DNA from: Eledone cirrhosa
Lineage: Eukaryota
Assembly (NCBI GenBank): GCA_964016885.1
Contig: OZ024766.1
Span: forward strand, 16,120,001-16,184,000
Length of the DNA: 64,000 nucleotides
Direction of reading: 5' to 3'
The translations under genes were made by a program, and so were the position numbers. Below the pieces are notes generated by a model, which saw nothing but the letters and a program-made list of their open reading frames with translations, did not search any database and was not told the DNA's origin. How positions within the stretch are numbered: the first letter of the stretch is position 1; the number at the start of each line of letters is the position of its first letter. Below, in pieces: positions 53,646 to 64,000 of this stretch.

Positions 53646-56362
53646 GTCATGTTGAATGTTTTTCATGTTGTGGTAGGCATATTTCTGGCCATCCACCAGT
53701 CAAGGTTTATTTTCATCCACAAACTTACGCAACACTTCAATATCATGGTTTGTCTCCTGAAAAAGTGATTGTATTAACTCAATTTCTTCTGGCTCTGGCA
53801 TCCTACATTGCTATTCATTGTTGGAATTCAATGGGACAGGTTGCAAAGAGGTTGATTGTAAATCTTGGAGGTAGATTCCACATAAATATTGCTATAACGT
53901 CTTTGGGCTAGGTGTAGATAGTCGTCTGACATATTGTATTTGTGCTCCTGCCAGGGTAGATGAGATTTATTCCACATGCTGTGAGTATAGTAGCAAACAA
54001 CTGTCTTATTTAACTGGCTACTCCAGTGACTGCTCCTTCTAGTCTCTCCTTCCAATATCACTTGTCATACGGGTGTCCATGGCTGTCTTATTTAACTGGC
54101 TACTCCAGTGACTGCTCCTTCTAGTCTCTTCTTCCAATGTCAGTTGTCATACAGGTGTCCATGGCTGTCTTATTTAACTGGTTACTCCAGTGACTGCTCC
54201 CTCTAGTCCCTTCTTCCAATGTCAGTTGTCATACAGGAGTCCATGGCTGTCTTATATAACTGGCTACTCCAGTGACTGCTCCCTCTAGTCCCTTCTTCCA
54301 ATGTCAGTGGTCATACAGGAGTCCATGGCTGTCTTATTTAACTGGCTACTCCAGTGACTGCTCCTTCTAATCTCTTCTTCCAATGTCAGTTGTCATACAG
54401 GAGTCCATGGCTGTCTTATTTAACTGGCTACTCCAGTGACTGCTCCTTCTAGTCCCTTCTTCCAATGTCAGTTGTCATACAGGTGTCCATGGCTGTCTTG
54501 TTTAACTGGCTACTCCAGTGACTGCTCCTTCTAGTCCCTTCTTCCAATGTCAGTTGTCATACAGGTGTCCATGGCTGTCTTGTTTAACTGGCTACTCCAG
54601 TGACTGCTCCTTCTAGTCTCTTCTTCCAATGTCAGTTGTCATACAGGTGTCCATGGCTGTCTTATTTAACTGGCTACTCCAGTGTCTGCTCCTTCTAGTC
54701 CCTTCTTCCAATGTCAGTTGTCATACAGGTGTCCATGGCTGTCTTATTTAACTGGCTACTCCAGTGACTGCTCCTTCTAGTCCCTTCTTCCAATGTCAGT
54801 TGTCATACAGGTGTCCATGGCTGTCTTGTTTAACTGGCTACTCCAGTGACTGCTCCTTCTAGTCTCTTCTTCCAATGTCAGTTGTCATACAGGTGTCCAT
54901 GGCTGTCTTATTTAACTGGCTACTCCAGTGTCTGCTCCTTCTAGTCCCTTCTTCCAATGTCAGTTGTCATACAGGTGTCCATGGCTGTCTTATTTAACTG
55001 GCTACTCCAGTGACTGCTCCTTCTAGTCCCTTCTTCCAATGTCAGTTGTCATACAGGTGTCCATGGCTGTCTTGTTTAACTGGCTACTCCAGTGACTGCT
55101 CCTTCTAGTCTCTTCTTCCAATGTCAGTTGTCATACAGGTGTCCATGGCTGTCTTATTTAACTGGCTACTCCAGTGTCTGCTCCTTCTAGTCCCTTCTTC
55201 CAATGTCAGTTGTCATACAGGTGTCCATGGCTGTCTTATTTAACTGGCTACTCCAGTGACTGCTCCTTCTAGTCTCTTCTTCCAATGTCAATTGTCATAC
55301 AGGAGTCCATGACTTTTTTATTTAACTGGCTACTCCAGTGACTGCTCCTTCTAGTCTCTTCTTCCAATGTCAGTTGTCATACAGGTGTCCATGGCTGTCT
55401 TGTTTAACTGGCTACTCCAGTGACTGCTCCTTCTAGTCTCTTCTTCCAATGTCAGTTGTCATACAGGTGTCCATGGCTGTCTTATTTAACTGGCTACTCC
55501 AGTGACTGCTCCTTCTAGTCTCTTCTTCCAATGTCAGTTGTCATACAGGTGTCCATGGCTGTCTTATTTAACTGGCTACTCCAATGACTGCTCCTTCTAG
55601 TCTCTTCTTCCAATGTCAATTGTCATACAGGTGTCCATGGCCATCTTATTTAACTGGCTACTACAGTGACTACTCCTTCTAGACCCTTCTTCCAATGTCA
55701 GTTGTCATACAGGATTCCATGGCTGTCTTATTTAACTGGCTACTCCAGTGACTGCTCCTTCTCGTCTCTTCTTCCAATGTCAGTTGTCATACGGGTGTCC
55801 ATGGCTGTCTTATTTAACTGGCTACTACAGTGACTGCTCCTTCTAGTCCCTTCTTCCAATGTCAGTTGTCATACAGGAGTCCATGGCTGTCTTATTTAAC
55901 TGGCTACTCCAGTGACTGCCCCTTCTTGTCTCTTCTTCCAATGTCAATTGCCATGCAGGAGTTGATGTTCTTTAAATGCTTCTTGATATGTGCTGCACTC
56001 TTCCTCCAAATCACCTGACATCCTCAAATGACGTTGGTCCTTGAACAATAAGCAGAAGTGGCTGTAAATAAAAACTCTCTCTGTTGTTGGGGTGGTCATT
56101 GTAAACATGCCCAATAGCATCACTTGCCTTGACTTCATCACCTTCCACTAAATGACCCTGCTTCCTTTGATTCCAAGTCTTACAATTGGTCCAGGTGTAG
56201 TATTTTGGGATGTCAGCATATAGGAGGGATCGAAGAAATTCTTTATTCTGGCAGTGTTTCAAAAAAGCAGTTAGAGTAGTGTCAGGTGGTGCTGGTGTCA
56301 ACTGATGAGAAGTGGTTTCAGTGAAGTACACACTCTGTCCATTTTCTATATGTATAGAGATA
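53646..56362 (-). mobile_element. Helitron RepHel remnant, unit 5
   Basis: ORFs 53828-54061 and 56011-56376. Confidence 0.85.
54001..55950. repeat. 82-bp satellite, ~24 copies
   Basis: Same monomer. Confidence 0.97.
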
Positions 56363-59300
56363 AGGATGAAAAGCAAAGTTAATCTCTCAGAGGTTAGCTT
56401 TGCCTTTCATCCCTACGGGGTCGATAAAATAAAGTACCAGTAATACACTGGGGTAATTGCTGGCCTTGTGCCTAAAGTAGAAACAATTTTTACGGGGTCG
56501 ATAAAATAAAATACCAGTAATACACTGGAGTAATTGCTGGCCTTGTGGCTGAAGTAGAAACAGTTATTATGGGGTTGATAAAATAAAGTACCAGTAATTC
56601 ACTGGTGTTATTTGCTGGCCTTGTGCCTAAAGTAGAAACAGTTATTACGGGGTTGACAAAATAAACTACCAGTAACACACTGGCGTATTTACTGGCCTTG
56701 TGCCCAAAGTAGAAACAGTTATTACCTGGCTGATAAAATATAGTACCAGTAATACACTAGGGTAATTACTGGCCTTGTGTTAAAAGTAGAAACAATTATC
56801 ACATTTCTTTTTAATATATCACATCACTATAGAATTAAATACGACTGGAAATGTGTGTGAAGGTATTAAATTATGTCAGGGACTTTTAACGTTTGACACC
56901 GGTACGAGAGTTGATACATTCGCTAAGACACCGAATACCTGCTGTCTTCGTTATAACTTTAATTAATCTAATTATATCTTGTGTAACAATTATATATATA
57001 TACACACACACAATTTTAATTCCCCGACATCAGTCTTACACTGTCATATCTATTCTTACTTTACAATTGTGTCTACTAAGAGTTCCATTACAATCTGTAG
57101 TAGTAAAACTACTATTTCACCAGAACATCTGCTATCAGTCATTTATAGACAATATATATATTTTAGACCACATATCAACCTAATATATATATATTTCCTA
57201 TCAAATCTGTAGCTAAAGACATAGAGTCAGCCTCACTACTTCATTCTGACAAGATATCAATTTATGACTAAAGATGAAGAAGATACACCAACGTTAATGT
57301 CGTGAAATAAAGCTGATAACATTGAAACTTCTAATTTGATAACAAAGAGATTATTTCTTTGGTTGTTTAGTAACAACTAACAACACAATACATTGATTAT
57401 ATGTTAAGGAGGTAAGTTGACAAAGATTTACTTAATGTCTATATTAATGTGTGTAAATAATATAATTATTTTAACCCTACAACGATCTAGTAATTAACCA
57501 GATTCCACTGTTACATGTGATATAAAATATATTGTTATCATGACTCTTTATTATTTAAATTACCTCCGTCTATTTAATTATCTTGTTCACTACCTTACAT
57601 TATAAAATATAGTTTATATTTATCTGTACCTTGTCATTGCTTTAAGTAAATTAAAGATATATTTATTATTTAAATTACCTCCGTCTATTTAATTATGTGG
57701 TTCACTACCTTACATTATAAAATATAGTTTATATTTAGCTGTACCTTGTTATTGCTTTAAGTAAATTAATATTTTGTCTGTTTTAGTCTAAATCTCTTAC
57801 AATTTAATTAACTTCATCTACTTATGGTTGAACATTACTTTATTGTGGGTTTCATTTAATTGTAATTATGTCTGAGTTAGCCAGCCAAGTAGGGGTTTAG
57901 TATCTGTATTTCAGGGAACTGGTTTGATGGTGAAGGGACATCTGTTGGTGTGGGATCTCGGTGGCTGTACATAATAAGGTTCTAATACTCTAAAGAGCTA
58001 GCTGAATAACCGTCTGATACATGTCTTGTATAGAGGATCATAAAGCCATGTATAGAAGAGCAGTCAGCAATGTCAGGATTTACATTCATAGTGAAGTGGC
58101 AGTATCGGTAGGGAGTCGGACACCATGGTTTGAGGCACAGAGTTACGTCCCTTTATGATCTGGGTTCAAATCCAGCTGAGGTTAACTTTGCCTTACATCC
58201 ATACGGGGTCGATAAAATAAAGTACCAGTAATGTACTGGGTAATTGCTGGCCTTGTGTTTAAAATAGAAACAATTATAGTGAAGAATTTGGAGTGTAGTC
58301 TGGTGTCCACCAGGGCTCTGTTGTTAGCCCTCACTTAGTTATTATCGTCCTGCAGCCTATAACAGAGATGTTTAAGACTGGCTGCCCAGGGGAACTCCTG
58401 TATGCACAGCAGGACCTGAAGAATACGATCATATGCATTTTCAAGGTCTATAAAACGATAATATATACCTCTTAGCAATACTCCCACGATTTCTCAAAGA
58501 CCTGCCACAGTGTGAATATTTGGTGGGTTATGTTGCACCCAGGGAGCAAACAGCACTGTCCATCAGCTGTGACTCGCTACATCACTTTGCCAGAAACTTA
58601 GCATATACTTTACCATGGAGTCTTAACAAGGTGATCCCTCTCTATTTGGAACAATCTCTTGTGTGTCCCTTTTTATCAATTGGGATTATCACTCCCGATT
58701 GCCTTTGCTTGAGTGCCATTTCAGAGACCCAGGCCATCTGACACACATGAGTCGGTCATATTTGAGCTCTTTAATTGCTCTTGTGACCTCAGCCTCCGAG
58801 AGATTAGTCACCGCTATCAGATTCACCTCATGTACATCCAAAGATGCTGTTGTGATCGGGTTTGGGAGATCAGCAAAGTATTCTCTCCACCTCATGAGGA
58901 TCCATCTCTCTGAAGAGAAAAGAACCCCAGATACACTCATGGTTGCAGGTGTGGAGAAAGATTTCTTGTAACTAATTAAAAACTAAAATAATTTGATTTT
59001 TCAATAAAAAGTTTCCAGGGTTTATAGATGTAAAATTTCCACTGTTAAATCTATCTCTGCTTCTTAAGTATTCTCTATTATCTCATACTGTTTCTTTTTC
59101 ATTTCAGAATATCAGATGACATTGGGATAAATTATTATTTTCAATCTTGGATACATCACCTCTATTTATCATCATTTGAAGATTAAAACTTTTTAAACGG
59201 AGCTTATATAACACTGTTTATATAAATCTATCAGAATTACTGTGAAAATTATTATTTTCAATCTTGGATACATCACCTTTATTTATCATCATTTGAAGAT

Positions 59301-59604
59301 TAAAACTTTTTAAACAGAACTTATATAACACTGTTTATACAAATCTATCAGAATTACTGTGATATATTTCCTCAGAACTGAGTTTAAAGACAAAATTTCT
59401 TTTCTTCACTGTGTGGTGTATATATGAGAGATATATTTTGTATTTTAACTCAGCTTCAATGACAAAGAAGTTTGCATCATCTTCAGGTATTAACTGAGAT
59501 CATAATTGAGGGAAATATAACAGAAATAATATTTTTTAGGAATATAATATAAAAAATATTAAAGAATAACATCTGTAAATTCTGCCAAGGGAAGAAGAAT
59601 TATT

Positions 59605-61470
59605 ATGGAAAATAAATTGAGTGAAAAGAAGATTAAATGTGAAACAATGACTAAAGATATGGCTATTACAGAAGAGATGTCAAAGGATAGAGGAGAGAAG
59701 CCATATCTCTGTGATGTCTGTGGTAAATCATTCTCGGTTAGTAGTAAATTAACTAGTCACAAACGTATACATACAGTAGAGAAGCCATATCACTGTGATA
59801 TCTGTGGTAAATCATTCTTTGTTAATGGTAATTTAACAAGCCACAAACGTACACATACAGGAGAGAAGCCATACCACTGTGATATCTGTGGTAAATCATT
59901 CTCTGAAAGTGGTAACTTAACTAGACACAAACGTATACATACAGTAGAGAAGCCATATCACTGTGATATCTGTGGTAAATCATTCTTTGTTAATGGTAAT
60001 TTAACAAGCCACAAACGTACACATACAGGAGAGAAGCCATATCACTGTGATATCTGTGGTAAATCATTCTTTGTTAATGGTAATTTAACTAGCCACATGC
60101 GTATACATACAGTTGAGAAGCCATATCACTGTGATATCTGTGGTAAATCATTCTTTGTTAATAGTAAATTAACTAGACACAAACGTACACATACAGGAGA
60201 GAAGCCATATCACTGTGATATCTGTGGTAAATCATTCTCTGGAAGTAGTAATTTAACTAGCCACGTGCGTATACATATAGGTGACAAACCATATCACTGT
60301 GATATCTGTGGTAAATCATTCTCTCTAAGTAGTATATTAACTTGTCACATCCGTACCCATACAGGTGATAAGCCATATCACTGTGATGTCTGTGGTAAAT
60401 CATTCTCTCGAAGTGGTACCTTAACTAGCCACAAACGTACCCATACAGGAGACAAACCATATCACTGTGATATCTGTGGTAAATCATTCTCTCGAAGTAG
60501 TCATTTAACTACACACAAACATATACATACAGGAGAGAAGCCATATCACTGTGATATCTGTGGTAAATCATTCTCTTTTAGTAGTAATTTAACTTCTCAC
60601 ATACGTACTCATACAGGAGACAAGCCTTATCACTGTGATATCTGTGGTAAATCATTCTCTGAAAGTGGTAACTTAACTAGTCACAAAAGTATACATACAG
60701 GAGAGAAGCCATATAACTGTGATATCTGTGGTAAATCATTCTCTAAAAGTAGTATATTAACTAACCACATGCTTATACATATAGGTGAGAAACCATATCG
60801 CTGTGATATCTGTGGTCAATCATTCTCTCTAAGTAGTATATTAACTTGTCACATCCGTACCCATACAGGTGACAAGCCATATCACTGTGATATCTGTGGT
60901 AAATCATTCTCTGAAAGTGGTAACTTAACTAGACACAGACGTATACATACAGGAGAGAGGCCATATCACTGTGATATCTGTGGTAAATCATTCTCTTTTA
61001 GTAGTAACATAAATTCTCACATACGTACTCATACAGGAGAGAAGCCTTATCACTGTGATATCTGTGGTAAATCATTCTTTAATAATTTTAGTTTAACTAG
61101 ACACGAACGTACCCATTCAGGAGAGAAGCCATATCACTGTGATATCTGTGGTAAATCATTCTTTGTTAATAGTAATTTAACTAGACACAAAAGTATACAT
61201 ACAGGAGAGAAGCCATATCACTGTCATATCCGTGGTAAATCATTCTCTCGAAGAAGTTACTTAACTGAGCACTTACGTACCCATACAGGTGAGAAGCGAT
61301 ATCGCTGTGATATCTGTGGTAAATCGTTCTCTCAAAGTAGTCCCTTAACTCAACACTTACGTATCCATACAGGTGAGAAGCCACATCACTGTGATATCTG
61401 TGGTGAATCATTCTCTCAATTAAGTAGTTTAACTAAACACAAATATACCCATACAGGTAAGAAACCATAA
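59605..61470 (+). CDS. Poly-C2H2 zinc-finger protein, gene 5 (621 aa, 21 fingers; finger 19 has Cys->Arg)
   Basis: Leader plus 21 repeats; CHIRGK in finger 19. Confidence 0.95.
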   Translation: MENKLSEKKIKCETMTKDMAITEEMSKDRGEKPYLCDVCGKSFSVSSKLTSHKRIHTVEKPYHCDICGKSFFVNGNLTSHKRTHTGEKPYHCDICGKSFSESGNLTRHKRIHTVEKPYHCDICGKSFFVNGNLTSHKRTHTGEKPYHCDICGKSFFVNGNLTSHMRIHTVEKPYHCDICGKSFFVNSKLTRHKRTHTGEKPYHCDICGKSFSGSSNLTSHVRIHIGDKPYHCDICGKSFSLSSILTCHIRTHTGDKPYHCDVCGKSFSRSGTLTSHKRTHTGDKPYHCDICGKSFSRSSHLTTHKHIHTGEKPYHCDICGKSFSFSSNLTSHIRTHTGDKPYHCDICGKSFSESGNLTSHKSIHTGEKPYNCDICGKSFSKSSILTNHMLIHIGEKPYRCDICGQSFSLSSILTCHIRTHTGDKPYHCDICGKSFSESGNLTRHRRIHTGERPYHCDICGKSFSFSSNINSHIRTHTGEKPYHCDICGKSFFNNFSLTRHERTHSGEKPYHCDICGKSFFVNSNLTRHKSIHTGEKPYHCHIRGKSFSRRSYLTEHLRTHTGEKRYRCDICGKSFSQSSPLTQHLRIHTGEKPHHCDICGESFSQLSSLTKHKYTHTGKKP

Positions 61471-61607
61471 CAAAGTCATATCTCATTGTCTCAAAATTGT
61501 AAATTAATTAGACACAAATACATTCATATGAGTGAGAAGTCATACCACTGTGATATTGCGGAGAAATTATCCTCTGTGATTGCTACATTAACTACATACA
61601 AACATAA

Positions 61608-61742
<135 letters not shown>

Positions 61743-62632
61743 TGAAATAAGTCACTTCACTCGGCACTAACATTTAAAGAAAAGGAACCATATCGTTGTG
61801 ATATCTGCAGTAAATCATTCTCTAAATGTTGTGGCTTCCCTACACACTAACATATACAGGAGAGGAACCATATCACTGTGATATCTGCAGTAAATCCTTC
61901 TCTAAATGTGGCTTCACTAGACACTAACATATACAGGAGAGGAACCATATCACTGATGTCTGTGATAAATCCTTCTCTAAATGTTGTGACTTTACTAGAC
62001 ACTAACATATACAGGAGAGGAACCATATCACTGTGTTGTCTGTGGTAAATCATTTTCTAAATGTTGTGTTACCAACATAAGGTTACTTAATGGAACACAA
62101 ACACGATCAGACAAGATAAAAACCATGTCACTCACCGAAAATAGTGCCACCAATGTTGTTAATGTTTTGAATAAAACTTGTTTGTTCTGAAATTATTCTC
62201 CTTTCATTTTATTTGTAGAAGTTGTAACCAAGACTTATGCTGACAAATCTGTATGGTACAGAATTTACAAACACTATATATATATATATATATATATGTG
62301 TGCCAAAACATCTATGATCTCGGTTTACAGCTGATGAAGGGTTTCTTCTCTCCTTTCATCCATATTACCATCTTAAACTTTGTTTACAGTAACCACACAA
62401 CTCCTTTCGTTTCTTATGATTTTATATATATATATAACAAAGGAGGTGTGGTAAAGAACCAGATGGACCATATACGCACCAGAGTACTCAATACTTAGGG
62501 TAGTAGAGCGGGTAATAGGAAAATGTTTAAACCCGACGGCAGAGCTCAATCCGTTTCGACGGCTATTTCTGGAAACAGTCCAGAAATAACCGTCGAAATG
62601 ACTTTAGCTCTGCTGTCGGGGTTAAACATTTT

Positions 62633-62672
<40 letters not shown>

Positions 62673-63591
62673 AGTGTATATGTCAGTGTGTAGAAAATTC
62701 TGTCCATGAAAATGATTATCTTTATTTGTATATATGTATGTGTATGTTTATATGTGTTCTTATATACATGTGTGCACATCTTGATATATTTTCAGTGTCT
62801 GTTCTAGTTCTCAGAGTACAAATCCCACTGAGGTAAAGTTGCTTTGATATTTTGAGGCCAATAAATGAAATACCAGTGAAATACTGGGGTGGTTAATTCC
62901 TCTTCTTTGTCATTGTCTGTTGTCTACTCTTGTCTTTCTCTGTATTTATATATATATACACAAAATTAAAATAAATTAAAATAAAATTAATCTAAATCAA
63001 ATTATGGGTGTCATGCCAGAAAGACATGTGACATATCACCCGTAAAATAAGCTCCATGGAGCTTATTTTACGGGTGATATGGCGCATGTCTTTCTGGCAT
63101 GACACCCATAATTTGATATAGATTAATTTTATTTTAATTTATCTTAATTTTGGATATATATATATAAATACGGCCCCTTAATTGTAGAGCTAACTCTGTT
63201 GAAAGGACGTGACTGCTGTTTCTAGTTGTCAATAACCCTATTCACGCAACTGGGACGAAGCTGGTATGATGTGTGTATTTTTAGTAGATACAGCACGTGT
63301 TACTGGTCAGTCGCTGATTTGAACTTGATGCGTAAACACAGATGGTTGGACTTCTTCCTTGTTGAGAATCCAAGATCTGGCTACTGTCGTTTACCAATCG
63401 ATTAATTGGTGAAATATATTTCTTTAATGGAATATATACAAGGAAGATTAATCATTTTCTAAGGTATCTATTTTTGAAGTTCTAGTTAAATTTATTTAGT
63501 TACCTACCTAGCTATGTCTGCTTACACACTTTTACAAATTATCCCCTGTGATTGTTTCATATGTTTATTTATATGTCAATCAATTTCTAGT

Positions 63592-63625
<34 letters not shown>

Positions 63626-64000
63626 GTGGAAAAGTAAAATATAGCAGAACAGACCGTTAAAAGATGTTTATTTAAAATAGCACCTATGTAATTTTCACCT
63701 GGATGGGCTTCTCAAGGGTATAAATAACTAAAAAGTGTTCTTTACATGGCCCAGAATGTGTTTTTAGAGATTAGTTCACGTCAGAGTTCATTCTTTGCAA
63801 AAAAGCGTGTTTTGATGTTGCAGTAGGTCAAGGGAGGTAACTCTAGCTGGTGTTAGGGCAGTCTTTCCCAGAAAATGTTTTTCTCTGTTAAAAGATATGG
63901 TTACAACCCTACCATTGTCGATACGCACAGGGTCAGGTATGCAACGTTTGTTTGCTGCACCTGCCCGCCTGGGTCATATGAAGCCATGTCTGGGATGCAT

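Overview
Eukaryotic, AT-rich DNA, very probably octopus. This is inferred from the GAGAAGCCATATCACTGTGATATCTGTGGTAAATCATTCTCT zinc-finger signature and octopus-type SINEs; no search was run. The window is a head-to-tail array of a composite ~8-19 kb unit: five complete copies, two extra gene-less partial copies (32001-41379) and the start of a sixth. Each unit carries, in order: a ~190-bp palindrome in (TA)n; a SINE tail; a decayed minus-strand Helitron Rep/helicase fragment, inside which an 82-bp piece of its former coding sequence is amplified into a satellite (~5 to ~83 copies); a 77-bp SINE-tail VNTR; a probable non-coding first exon; an intron with a 115-bp VNTR and RTE-type LINE fragments interrupted by a tRNA-SINE; one coding exon for a poly-C2H2 zinc-finger protein (24, 18, 14, 21 and 21 fingers; no effector domain seen); a tail of dead fingers; and a 121-bp palindrome. 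The flanks are highly similar between units, while the finger arrays are reshuffled from a shared library of recognition helices. Most short ORFs in the track are spurious or TE remnants. Coordinates and copy numbers were read by eye and are approximate.
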